DNA of 64,000 nucleotides from Camelus ferus (Eukaryota). The notes beneath the pieces are model-generated. The model saw nothing but the letters and a program-made list of their open reading frames with translations, ran no database searches and was not told the DNA's origin. The stretch covers positions 107,820,001 to 107,884,000 of the forward strand of contig NC_045697.1 of assembly GCF_009834535.1 (NCBI RefSeq). The letters run 5' to 3'. Positions 1-12,232 of this stretch are shown here, in pieces; position 1 is the stretch's first letter, and every line of letters starts with the position of its first letter. Position numbers and translations under genes: made by a program.

Positions 1-3000
1 CTCTGTGTGTTTGTGTTTTTTGCAGGTTTTTCTTTTAGTTGATTTCTAGTCTCATAGCATTATAGTCAGAAAAAGTGCTTGATATGATTTCAGTTTTCTT
101 AGATTCACTGAGGCTTGTTTTGTGATGTAGCCTGTGATGTATCCTGGAGAATGTTCCATGTGCTCTTGAAAAGAATGTGTATTCTGCTGCTTTCAGATAG
201 AATACTTTTGTATATATATCTATTAAATCCATTTGGTCTAATGTGTCATTTAAGGCCAGTGTTTCCTTATTGATTTTCTGTCTGGATGATCTCTCCACTG
301 ATGTAAGTGGGATGTTAAAGTCTCCTACTGTTATTGTGTTACTGTTTATTTTTCCTTTTATGCTTGTTAATATTTGCTTTGCATATCTAGCTGCTCCTAT
401 GTTGGGCGTGTACATATTTACAGTTGTTTTACCTTCTTCTTGGATAGATCCCTTGATCATTATGTAGGTTGTTTGACTCTTGTAACAGTCTTTATTTTAA
501 AGTCAAATTGGTCTAATATAAATATTGCTATTCTGGCTTTCATTTGACTTTCATTTGTATAGAATACCTTTTTGTATCCCATCACTTTCAGTCTGTGTGT
601 GTCTTTAGATCTGAATTGAGTCTCTTGTGGGCAGCATATATATGCGTCTTATTTTTGTATTCATTCAGCTAATCTGTGTCTTTTGATTGGAGCATTTAGT
701 CCATTTACATTCAATGTAATTATTAATATGTACGTTCTTTTTGCCATTTTGTGATTTGTTTTGGGGTTGTTCTATAAATCTTTTCTTTCCTTATTCTTTT
801 GTTCTCTTGTGATTTGATCACAATTTAGTGTTATGATTCTTTTCTTCTTTTTTGTGTGTGTATCTATTATAGATTTTTTTTGTTTGTGGTTACCATGTGG
901 TTTTTATATAGCAATCTATGTATACACCTGATTGTTTCAAATTGCTGTTCTCTTAAATTTAAATCCACTTAAAAAACACTGTTTTACTCTCCTCCCCTCA
1001 CAATTACTGTTTTTGAATAATATTTTACATCTAATTGTTTTGTGTGTCCCTTAGCTGCTTAGTGTGGATATAGAGGATTTTACTACTTTTGTCTTTTAAA
1101 CTTCCTATTAGCTTTGTGCATGGGTGGTTTCCTACTTTTACTATGTATTTGCCTTTACTGGTGAGCTTTTTTGTTTTGTAATTTTTTTGATTCTCTCTGT
1201 GGTCTTTTCTTTTTCAGCTAGAGAAGTTCCTGTAATATTTGTTGTAAAGCTGATTTGCTGGTGCTGAATTCTTTTAGCTTTTTCTTGTCACTAAAGCTTT
1301 TGATCTCTCCATTAAATCTGGAGGAGAGCCTTGCTAGGTAGAGTAGCCTTCGTTGTAGATTTTTCTCATTTCTCATTTTTCTCATTTTAATTACAGTGTA
1401 TCTTGGTGTATTCCTCTTTGGGTTAATCCTGTGTGGTACTCTCTGCACTTCCTGGACTTGGGTGACTGTTTTCTTTCCCATGTTATGGAAGTTTTCAGCT
1501 ATTATGTCTTTAAATATGTTCTCAGCCACTTTCTCTCCCTCTTCTTCTGGGATCCCTATAGTGCAAATATTAGTACACTTGATGTTGTCCCAAAGGTCTC
1601 TTAAACTGTCCTCATTTCTTTCCATTGTTTTTTCTTTTTTCTGTTCTGCAACAGTGATTTCCACTACTCTGCCTTCCAGTTCACTGATCAGTTTCTCTGT
1701 ATCATTTGGTATATTCTTGATTTCCTTCAAGTGTATTTTTCATTTCACTTCTTGTATTCTTGTCTCTGTATGGTTGTTCTTTATATTTTCTAACAATGTT
1801 AAAAACTTCTAACTTCTCACTCTGCATCCGTTCTTCTCCCAAGTTCTTTGATCATTTTTATAATTATTACCCTGAACTCTTTCATGTGTAAATTGCCTAT
1901 CTCCACTTCACTTAATTCTTATTCTGGGGTTTTATCTTGTTCCTTTGTCTGAAATGTGTCCCTCTTCCACCTCATTTTGTCTAAGTTACTCTTTGTATTT
2001 TACTGTATCTGGTAGGTTAGTTATGTTTCCCAACCTTGGAGAAGTGACCTTATGTAGGAGATGTCCTATGCAATCCCAGCAGTGCACACCCCTCTTGTCA
2101 CCTGTATGCTCTAGAGGTTCCCCTTATGGGAGTCATGTGTGTCCTTCTGTTATGGCAGGTTGACTGTGTGGGCATTCTGGTTGGCTTGCTTGGTCCTGAG
2201 CCTGGTTAATTGCTAGACCTTGCTTTGTGTGGAGACTGCCAGCAACTCGTTGGTGGGGCCTGGTCACAAGGTGGCTGACTGCAGAACCCTAGGGGATAGT
2301 GCTGGTTCACTGATTGGTGGAGTTAGGATCCAAAGACTCGAGGGCTATTGGCCACCCACTGGTGGGTGAATCCAGGTTTTGGGGTTAGTACCAGACTACT
2401 GGTAAGGAGAACCAGGTACCGGAGTCTGGCTGCAGAATCCAGGGATCCCAGAACTGGTGTCAGTTTGCTGGTGGTGGCAGGGGGCAGTTCCTGAAACAAT
2501 TGGATTTGGTTTCTAGGCCCAGCTGGTCCCAGGGCGGGTCTGGCCTGTGTTGGGCTGGCTGGATCTGCAAGCCGTGGATTTGTGGTTTTCTTCAGGCTGA
2601 TGTCTGCCCCCTGGTGGGTGGAGCTGAGTTCTTTTCCTCTGGTGGGTAGGACCATTTCTAGAGGCGTGTCTAGATGTGAGTGGGCTCAGGAAGTCTTTAG
2701 GCAGCCTGTCAGCTGATGAGTGGGGCTCTGTCCCCTCCCAGTTAGTTGCTTAGCCTGAGGCGTCCCAGCACTGGGCCTGCAGGCTGTTGGATGGGGCCAG
2801 ATCTTGTCATTGATGAGCCAGAGGGAGGACTCCATAATGGTGCCTACCAATGCCACTGTCCATGCAGCAGAGGGGGCTCCCAAGAATGGCTGCCTCCACC
2901 GTTTCTGTCTCCAGGGTGAGCTGCAGCTGCCACCTGCCTCTCCAGGAGACTCTCCAAGACCAGCAGGTAGGTCTGGCTCAGGCTTCTACCAAATTACTGC

Positions 3001-3455
3001 TTTTGCCTTGGGTCCACGTGTGTGTGAGATTTTGTATGCACTCTTTAAAAGTGAAGTCTCTATTTCCTCTAGTCTTTTGGGATTCCTGAAATTAAGCCTT
3101 GCTGGCTTTCAAAGCCAAATACTCTGGGGCTCGTCTTCCTGGTGCAGGAACCCCGGGCTGGGGAGCCCCATGTGGGGCTCAGAACTCTCCTGTGGGAGAA
3201 CTTGTGCAGTATTAATTATTCTCCAGTTTGTGCATCACCCACCCTGGGGTGTTACTGATTATATCTGAGTCTGCCCCTCCTACCCATCTCGTTGTGGTCC
3301 CTTCTTTAAGTCTTTAGTTGTAGAAGATCTTTCCTGGTAGGTTTCAGTCTTTTTCATTCATGGTTGTTCTGAAAATAGTTGTCATTTCAGTGTGCTCATG
3401 AGAGGAGGTGAACTCTGGTTCTGAACAGGTCTTTCTGTTCTGCCATCTTGGCTGA
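1..3455 (-). mobile_element. LINE-1, 5' half (5'UTR ~1870-3455, decayed ORF1 ~1218-1870, inter-ORF spacer, decayed ORF2 endonuclease 747->1); continues left of window
   Basis: Minus-strand ORF2 start MAKRTYILIITLNVNGLNAPIKRHRL at 747. EN motifs (GDFNIPL, TFSRIHH, FSDYNAMRLEIN). ORF1 motifs (LRDLWDNIKCTNI, QRVPHRINPKRNTPR). 5' end carries the YY1 motif CAAGATGGC (GCCATCTTG at 3442-3450). Frames are broken. Confidence 0.95.
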
Positions 3456-3459
3456 TTTG

Positions 3460-3985
3460 TTATATCCTTTTTAAAATTGTGACATAGTGTTCCATTATAC
3501 AGAAGTGCCATGATTTATATAACCAGACCATTATTGATGGATATTTGGGATCTTTCCATTTGTTTACCATCTAAACAGTGCTGCAAAAGGTATCACTGTA
3601 GTTAGAGAAGTGCTTAGTGGTTAAGAGAATATACCTGCATAAGGTGCCAGGATGTCTGTGTGACCTTGGTGAGACCAGGTCCTTTACCTCTTCCTACCTC
3701 AGTTTCCTTGTCTGTGGAAGAGGGGAATATAGTTCACAGGATTGGTCGGATTTAATGAGTTAATGGTGAGATGTCTTTAGAAAAGTACCTGGCACAGAAA
3801 AGTACTCAGTAAGTGTCAACTCTTTGCTATTATTCAGTTTGTCATTTTGTCAGGTGAAGGTGTGTTTGTAGGATAAATGCCTTGAAGTGGTTTTGCTGAT
3901 CGAATTCTGTTTTGAAGACTGTTGCCAAATTGCTCTTTCCAGGTAGAACAGCAGTTTATGTTCTCACCTGAGTGTATGAGATGGA
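3460..3985. mobile_element. Old L1M-type fragment (-) interrupted by a MIR (~3600-3830)
   Basis: L1M-like ttgatggatatttgggatctttccattt...gttgccaaattgctct; MIR core tgtgaccttgg...cctcagtttccttgtctgt...cctggcacagaaaagtactcagtaa. Confidence 0.6.
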
Positions 3986-4596
3986 TGCATTTTTACTTCT
4001 CCGAAGTCATCTCTTGAGATACATAAACCTGTCCATTGAGGGTGTACTACTGAGGCCCATGTAGTTGTTGGCCAAGAGGGAGACATTTCAAGTTGAAAGT
4101 TTTCAGTGATTCTAGATCTTGCTCTTTATTTTATCAGTGTGACATCTTGTTGATAAACTGATCATGGCCGTAATATCACTCCTCTAAAACAGTAATTTTT
4201 TATTATGAACTTCTAGGGTCTTTTACCTACTCCTGAATGAGAAAATGTAGTCTTTTAAATCTTGGTACAACAGTGGTATTATTTGTTAGATTATAATACT
4301 TACATGTAAGGAAGTCTTTCATTATCTTTATACTCATTAAAAGTAAAAAAGTGTGGAATTAGAACTTCTTGGTCTTAGATTGCTTGGGCATAAGTGCTAA
4401 TATTATTCCACCTACCTGAAGTCAAGACACATGTATTGGGTCACACAAGTACCAGTGATTTACTCCATTTCTGTCATATTTATAGTGCACAGAAGGCACC
4501 CAGACTCTTCACAGTCCATTTTCATAGACTGATGAAGATAGATGCTTTGGACCATGTTCTACAAGCCTGTTGCTAACATTATAATAAATGCTAATC

Positions 4597-4741
4597 AGAG
4601 GGAGGACACAGCCCAAGTGGTAGAGTTCATGCCTAGTGTGCACAGGGTCCTGGGTTCAATCCCCAGTACCTCCTCTAAAAATAAATATATGAACCTAATT
4701 ACCACCCTCCCCAAAATAATAATAATAATTTTTTTAAATGA
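4597..4741 (+). mobile_element. tRNA-derived SINE (camelid vic-1-like)
   Basis: A-box-like cagcccaagtgg, B-box ggttcaatcc, A-rich tail; TSD aataaatg(c/t)taatc at 4583-4596 and 4742-4755. Confidence 0.9.
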
Positions 4742-7589
4742 AATAAATGTTAATCGCTTTATACCAATGATGTCAGACTTCGTGGTGTTTTGAGTAGGAG
4801 TGGAAGTACCTAACCAGCCATGAAATTTGTGAGGCACTGAGGCCTGAACTGATTATTATTCAAGAACATGGGTACTCATAGGCTGGAGCAACCCCCAAAC
4901 TACTGAAACAGAGCTTTTTGTTATCACTGAAGTCACAGAAATTCCATGACTGTCTTTTCAGTATTACCTTTAGAATTTGAACTGGCTGTTAGTCTCTGTT
5001 CTGGAACTCTTCATGGTTGAACCATGAAGGCATCTTTAAAGTAGTTTTAAAACTTTTTGGAAGGGGGCCAATTTGTGGACCCTTCTTAGAATTGGCTGAA
5101 GACTATTGCCACCTCTCTCCAGAAAAATATTCCCACAATTTATGAGATTCATGAATATGATATATGGGATTTTTTATTGTTACTATACTCATTGCACTGA
5201 GTACATCTTAAACCAGGCATGGATGAAGGACATTTTTGAAAAGGAGATTTTTTCCATGTTGCTATTCCAAAAGATAATTATCACATAATCTTAATTATGC
5301 TGCAGATTGCATATCTAAAAATTTTCACATAAAGGCATCTGAAAGACTATATTGGTAGAGAACTAATTCTGACTAATAGAGCAGGGAAGACAAGTATTAG
5401 ACTAATCAGCATAACTTCCCAAAGGTACCTGCTTTTCCAGGGAAAGTGAGAAGACATGTTGGTTCGACTGGTATGCTTTTTCCCCAGGAACATTTCTTGA
5501 GAAGAACTTCATTAGTATAAGAGGGTTCTTCTTGGAGAAAGATTTAGAGCATCGACCTCAAATCTCTGCTGTAAAATACTATCCCATGGAAGTTGTCCAG
5601 TAATCTTATTTCTGAATTCACCTTAGCTACATTTTAGGGTTTTATGGTAGATGACTGACTTGTCCTTTAATAGTTTTCAGCAAAATAGTGATGCTAAAGG
5701 ATGGTGCATATCACCTAGATTATAGTGACTGATTGAATTATTAGTCCAGTTTTCATGTTTCAACAAATCTCTCCAATGTGTATAAGAGACTTTCCTGTTC
5801 AGTTACCAACGAGCTGATGTCTCAACACTTGCTCTAACTTTCAAAAGCTATACTTTTTACATTCCAGATCCTTGCCACTAGGGGTCTAGTTTCTTAAACA
5901 GCCTTGACAGTGAAGTCCCATAACAAATTTTAAGGATGAATTTGAATATTAATTTTAACTTTTCTTCTTCATTTATCCTGCTTATCAGTTACTTGCATGG
6001 CACATGTGGCAGCTTGTTCTAGTGAAATTAAGACCTAAAACATGGTGGAATCAAGTTCATGGCATTATTAACAGTTTTCCGCAATCTTGTTATTATTTTG
6101 AAGCATACATTTACCAAAGCCTGAAATTATTTGGAATCCATATATCACAAGACTTTTCTTTGTGTACACTCTGTGTTCACTGGTGACCTGCAACCTGGGG
6201 CAACAAAATGGTGTGCTTTACTGAAACAGTGGATAGTGAACAATGAATGGGCTAGAGTCACACTGTGACAAGTTGAGGGAGTCTCAGGACAAGGTTCAGG
6301 AGAGTCGGAGATTATGAGATGTTGCTCTGTTTTCCACTGCCCAGGATTGCCACGTGGTGTGACAGCAAGAGAGGAAAGGAAACTGGGCCAAAGGATTAGA
6401 GCACAGGGAGGATTTAGTCGTAATAGGATTTTATTAGGCTCTGAGTAGAGGTTGTCTGAGGTAGTTTGACCCAAAATGAATTCCTCCCACTGCTATTAGT
6501 TATAATTGAGGGCACAAGGTTCCCCTCTCTTCAGGTTTTCCCAATATTTGAAGAATCTTCACCCTGAGATGGAATTTTATATGATAAACACATTTACAGT
6601 AATAGACTCTTTGTATTTAATAGCAGCCAATTCAGAGCATTCTGAAGTGTATTCTAAAACAATGAGTTTTTCTACAGGAAAAAAACAAAGAAACCAACGA
6701 CAAGTTATATTTGAGATGGCTGATTTCTGTGTTGTGTTCTATAAGTGAAATATGCTTTAATCTTAAAAAGAATCCCTTTTACAACTGGAATTCGTCCAGA
6801 GATTTTGGTAGAATGGCCATTATCCTCCTGTGATGGTTATCTGCTTACCTCTCCCCAATTAGCGTAACAGTTGTAGTAAAGTATGTAAAATGATGACTTT
6901 TGAGCTGGAAGAGGTCTACGAAATAACCGTTTAGTCCTAACTCCTTCCCTAAGCGAGGTTCCAAACCAAGAGTCAGTCTCACGCTGGTTAGAGCTGGAGC
7001 CGGCGCCCTGGGCCCTGTCTCTCAGGTCAAAGCTTAAGTCCCCTGAGGAGGGAGGTTAACTTTTCTGACTTCCATGTTTGGAGAACTGGTCTAAAAACTC
7101 TCAGCCCCAATGCTTTGTTCCCTACTTAAATCCACCTAAACTCTCTGACCATTTCCACAAACCAACCAGAGGAATATCAGGAGAAACAGAGAAGGAAAGA
7201 TGGGAAGGGAGCCTTGCTGTGTCTTTCTTTCAAGTTCAAGATTTGGTGACTCACTATGAAAAGGCTTCTCTTTTATCTCTAGACCCCTCCTGCCTGTGCT
7301 CTTGTCCTCGTCTTTCTTCTGCTTCTTGCTCCATCAAAATCCTCTTTATTTTGTACCTTCAAATTATCCATGTTCGTTGATTCCTCCTCATTACACCTGC
7401 AAATATGATCGCTTTTCCCTTAATAAAAATGTTCCCTTGGCTGTGTCTCCTCTTAAGGTGGCCGTCCATTTCTTTCCCATCAGGAATTTTTTATGACCCA
7501 TTATTAGAGGATATTATATTTAAATACGTTAAAGACTTGAAGATATGATGAGATAATATAATGTGTGAGATAATATAGAATGAACTGCC

Positions 7590-7855
7590 AAAAAGTATAC
7601 GTTGTTAAGTTCAGTGTGATAGTGAAAGAGGGCTATATTAAAATATAATCATTGATAGTTCCAGGAAAAATATGATTTTTCACACATTTATAGCTCTCCT
7701 AAGTATTGTAGTTTTTGAAAGAGTCTGAAGTTAGAGAAGATGTCTGTCTATTTGGGAATGAGGTCGAAGGAATTTTTACATCAGAAAGAGATACGATCTA
7801 GATGACTGGAGTCTAAGCTTTCATGATTATACGGAATATTTTATAATTCTGTGAT
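7590..7855 (+). mobile_element. Degenerate CR1/L3-like 3' fragment
   Basis: Resembles the CR1 RT C-terminus and 3' end (ctagatgac...attctgtgat). Very diverged. Confidence 0.35.
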
Positions 7856-8715
7856 ACGGAAGCATATGCTTTTGCTTTTTCCATAGTCAAATAAAAGAGA
7901 TCCTATCCTTTTGGAAAAAAGCAAAGAAAAACACGTAATTCTTACATCAGTTGTCTTATCTTAAAAACAGTTAATAGACTTTTTCTTTCCTTATTGATGG
8001 AAAATATTTCTGCATATAATATTAACGAGATATTTAAATGTGACTCCTCAGTAACGTCTTTGGGGAGAACACGGTCCTCAGTTCTGTCTGCAGCATAGAA
8101 CGTGTGATAGCTCAGTCGTACTTGTATTTTGATAGCTCATCTCTTTCCCCGCAAGTCCAAAAACCTCAATAACCACACCACAATACCACACACAAGCACT
8201 CTTGGAAAAGAGTCCTTTGGGTATTTTTGGTTGGTGGTGGTTTGTTTGAAGAAAGGAAAACATCCCTCATTAGGGGCCAGATGATCTCTAGAGCCCTCTC
8301 CAGGCGTGGCATTTGAGTTGAAGTGCCATGTGTGTATTTATGGGATGAACAGGCTGCATGTGTGCCAAGAACAGCAAGCTTTCCCTCGGCGGTCCCCAGC
8401 TTCAGGTGCCCCCATCCAGAGACAGCAGAGGGCAGGAATGGGGACCGGCCAGTGATGGCTCGTGACACAGGCACACAGTCTAGCGCGCGCAGCCTCTCTT
8501 ACCTGCGCACAGCCTTTTGCTTAGTTTTGTCCTTCTGTCTCCCTCACTCGGGACTTTCAGCTGTTGCCTGGGAGCTAAATAAAAAGCTTGGAATTAGAAA
8601 AAGAAAAGGTTGATAACAGGAAAATGCAGAAATACATTGAAAACGTTAGTGCTTGAGGCAGTGCATCCTTAAACATCGCTTGTAAACATGGAGCTGTCTC
8701 TTCCTTGCATTTTTT

Positions 8716-8845
8716 TTTTTTTACTTTTTTTTTTAATTGAAGTATCGTCAGTTACAATGTTTCAGTTTCTGGTGTACAGCACAATGTCCCAGTCGTGCAT
8801 ATACATACATATGTTTGTTTTCATATTCTTTTTCATTAAAGGTTA
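8716..8845 (-). mobile_element. Short 5'-truncated young L1 3' end
   Basis: polyT then ttgaagtatcgtcagttacaatg...; TSD ttccttgca(t/g)ttttt at 8701-8715 and 8846-8860. Confidence 0.85.
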
Positions 8846-9686
8846 TTCCTTGCAGTTTTTGCGTTGCCTGGGGACATGCCAGGGCTTTAACCCTCTACTC
8901 TGGGAGTGAGAGAGAGGCAGAGTGGAAATAGCCAGCTGGCCTCTTGGGGATTAGGTGGTGTTTTCATCAGCAGGGTCTCCTGGCGTAGCCTTTCCCTTCC
9001 CACACAGGGCTTCCTGCACCTGCCTCACCGCCCTCCTTTCTCTCCCAAGTTTAGATTTTTCAGGCATCCATATGAATGGGTTAAGCGTCAACTGAGTGAG
9101 ATGTGCTCTTTTCAGAGAAGATTCCCGAAGGGCCTAGGGCCAAGGAGTATAGCCAGGAGAAAGGAGAATATAGTTTTCTAGGAAGAGCGCTGGACTGGGA
9201 ATCAAGAGACATTCTGTTTCCATCAAAACCACGTTGTAAGTTTACGGCCTGGCCTGCAATATTTATCCTGTCTGTGCTGCGGTCTCACTGTCTGAAAAGA
9301 TTGCATGTGAAGTCCCTTTGAGAACTAACTCACAGGGATCTTAGAAAGCATGTCTCTATTTTTGATTCAGAGGCAATTGTCATGATTTATGTTCCCTTCA
9401 TTCCTTTGAGGAAGAATCTCAGAATCCTGGAGCTGGAAGGAATCTTGGAGAGTCTTCTACATTTTCAACCTCCAGGATAAACCAGAACACTGATTTTCCT
9501 AGTTATTATCATGACGCCATCCGAATAAGAGACCTTGACATTTTCAAAAAAATGTAGTGTTTAGGACAACAAGAGAGTTGAGTCAGAACTTGTTTTCTCT
9601 CTTAAAACAGAGTTGCATACTGGGTTATTGTCTATAAGGGCTACCTGCCAACCAGGGTGAGGTGAAGAGAGTGGCGGTAGGATCAG

Positions 9687-9689
<3 letters not shown>

Positions 9690-9737
<48 letters not shown>

Positions 9738-9754
9738 TAGACACTGAGAGAGAG
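9690..9754. repeat. Compound (GT)n(GA)n microsatellite
   Basis: Directly visible. Confidence 0.95.
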
Positions 9755-10249
9755 ACTGGGAGCACACATCCTGCATGCATGGGTGGTCACCCCTGATTTT
9801 TAGAACACCAGATGGGCCTAGTGAAACATACCTCAGTGGCAGAGGGCCATGGTTAACAGTAGACAATGTCTTATTGAAAGCAACACATTTGTATTATTAA
9901 GAATTATACATTGAGGAATTCACCAATTTATGTACTAAGACATAGTCTTGGAAGATACACGTGAGCTGTTTCCCTCAGGTGTGTGCTTTGTGCAGTCCTT
10001 GTAACAGGCCTTAATTTTTTCTACACATCTTAATCCTCCTGCATTCTCCTTAAGAATGTTTCTCTCCTCAAAATTATCCTCAAAATGAATAATTTTCTTA
10101 CCAGTTTTCTATTCTTATGTCCTAAAATTTATTTTAAAGATCCTTCAGTGTTGATTGGTTAGCCTTCTACCTCATTCCCCGAACAGAAGTACTGACTTTG
10201 AATATTCCTTTAGCTGTTTCCCAGTGTTTAATTCCACTTCCACAAAGAA

Positions 10250-11020
10250 CATGACCCACATGTCTAACGTGAATCGTCCCCTTAAGTCCTCTTTCTCACA
10301 TTTTATTGTTCGTAGGAGGAAGAGCTGATCAGTGTTCTCCCTGTAACGTCCTTTATATTACTCAGTTGAAAATAGCCTGTATATTTTAATTATTTTTTAA
10401 TCTTTTGGCACTACAAGTCTAGAAATTTTATCATGGGTTTTGTTTCCTAGTGCTCTGGTAATGATGTTCTGATTACTTTTCTCTGAACTCTCTCCAGTCT
10501 GTACACTAAAAAAATATTAGTGTTTTGAGCCATACCCAGTCCTTTTCTGAACTGATGAAACCAGTGGGATGATACCGCTGTCTTAACTGTTCTTGTCAGG
10601 GACTTACCACCACGTGACTGGATCACATTCCCTGCACACTCTGTGACCTCAGTATCCTTTTCCTCCCCACTGGCTCTGTTGCAGTCAGGTTTTCTTCATA
10701 TTTTATCCACATACCTCATTTTTCATGTATAAGCGTGCTGCTACCTTGTTTTCACACCAAGGAAGCACTATCTTGTTTTTGATGGATCATTTCTATCTGA
10801 TTTGTCAAGGTTACTTGGAATTCTATTATCTTTCAGGAAAGCTAGGAGCCTTAACTTAGGTTGTATCCCCAAAATGACTGAGAATGCTTTCAATTCCATT
10901 ATGACAGTCATTAATTAAAAAAAAAATTCACTATTATTGGACCCAGGAGTCTGGGTGCTATGTTAAAACTCCCCCACGTCACATCAAGCCATTGATTTCC
11001 GTCACTATTAACGAATGGTT
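10250..11020 (-). mobile_element. Ancient CR1/L3 LINE fragment
   Basis: ctctgaactctctccagt..., ttgtcaaggttacttggaattcta, acagtcattaattaaaa...ggacccagg resemble the antisense CR1 RT region. Confidence 0.5.
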
Positions 11021-11382
11021 TTCCTATTTCTGGGTGTTTTTAAATTCCATCAACATTGATCTCATAGCTTATTGTTTATCAAAACTAGATCTGAATGATT
11101 TAGAATAATAATCTAGGGGGCTGTGGTTGGTAGTGGAGAGAATCCAGCCAACAATTGCTTACTTTATGCAGGTAGCTTTTGCAGCATCATTATTTTATAT
11201 TTTTAGAAGAAAAGTGAGAGAAAATAGAAGAAAGCCTTTAGACTGAGTATAAATGTCTATTTTGTAGCTATTTTGTTCAGTGTTGGACTTTGAGAATGTC
11301 TGTACTTTGATTTTAATTTAATAGTCCATGTCCTATTTAATACACAAACAATTAGATACATCTTTTGTTACTGTCATTACAG

Positions 11383-11510
11383 GTTTTGGAAGGTGACAAT
11401 GAAATGTGAAGAAGTTACATTTCTACTGTGATACTTGAAAATTAGTGACCGCTTACCAAATTTTCGTGAAAATTAAATATGACTTAGAAGCACTTGGCTT
11501 ATGAAGGCTT
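11383..11510 (+). other. FHIP1A: 5'UTR part of the first coding exon of FHIP1A
   Basis: Acceptor tcttttgttactgtcattacAG (AG 11381-11382) upstream of the ATG at 11511. The acceptor is inferred from motif only. Confidence 0.7.
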
Positions 11511-11615
11511 ATGATGTCATCGGTTGCGACAGAAGGCAAACTCCAGCAGGCTGTGAGCCTGCAGGGAGTTGACCCAGAAACATGCATGATTGTATTTAAA
11601 AACCACTGGATGCAG
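11511..11615 (+). CDS. FHIP1A: FHIP1A/FAM160A1 coding exon 1 (MMSSVATEGK...FKNHWMQ, 35 aa)
   Basis: Translation matches the recalled FAM160A1 N-terminus (MMSSVSTESKLQQAVSLQGVDPETCMIVFKNHW). Donor CAG|GTAAAG at 11616, phase 0. Confidence 0.96.
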
Positions 11616-11984
11616 GTAAAGTATGAGTTCCACCTTCTCTGTTGGTTAGGGAGCCCTCGGGGTCTCTGTTGCACTGAAGCCGGGTTCCCCACCTGCGTGA
11701 CAGGTAACTTGGCTTCTGGAAATATAGGAAGGAAAACCCTTTCAGGTAGGAAGAAAAGCACATTTCTCTACTTGCTTTCCTAGAATAGGTAGTTGGTTAA
11801 AACCCTTGGTTTTCACAAGAGCAATTAGGGAACATGCAAGTTCCTCAGATATTTTTAGCAGAATGGCAGTTAGCTGTCAAGTGCCTTGTACCTCACTTTG
11901 CAATATACTTGATCATGATCACATCCTCTCTTTCCTTTCTCCCTGCTGATTTCCATTCAGTCCCTTGGACTCTAACAGTACTAA

Positions 11985-12232
11985 AATACATATTTATTAA
12001 ATGTTTACCATGTGTTTTGCTGAATACTTCAAATGCCTTATATCATTTAACCTTCTCCCCAAACCCACAAGGCAGTTACTTTTAGCTTCCTCATTGTACA
12101 GACGAGGGAGTGGAAAATTGTAGAGGTTAAATAACTTGCCTGAGGTTATACAACTGGTGAGCTTCTAATCAAGTATGTAGACCTTGGTCCTGTGACTTCA
12201 AGACCAGTGTATTTGACCTCTGTGCTCTACCA
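11985..12232 (-). mobile_element. MIR
   Basis: atttattaaatgtttaccatgtg...cattgtacagacgagg...agaggttaaataacttgcctgaggt. Confidence 0.8.

Noticed and set aside
35..1730. L1 ORF1/ORF2 pieces as functional genes
   Set aside because: Stops, frameshifts and an internal deletion indicate an inactive element.
4597..4680. tRNA gene (also at 25.7, 37.4 and 56.3 kb)
   Set aside because: tRNA-like heads followed by A-rich tails, with TSDs visible in most copies, are SINEs rather than tRNA genes.
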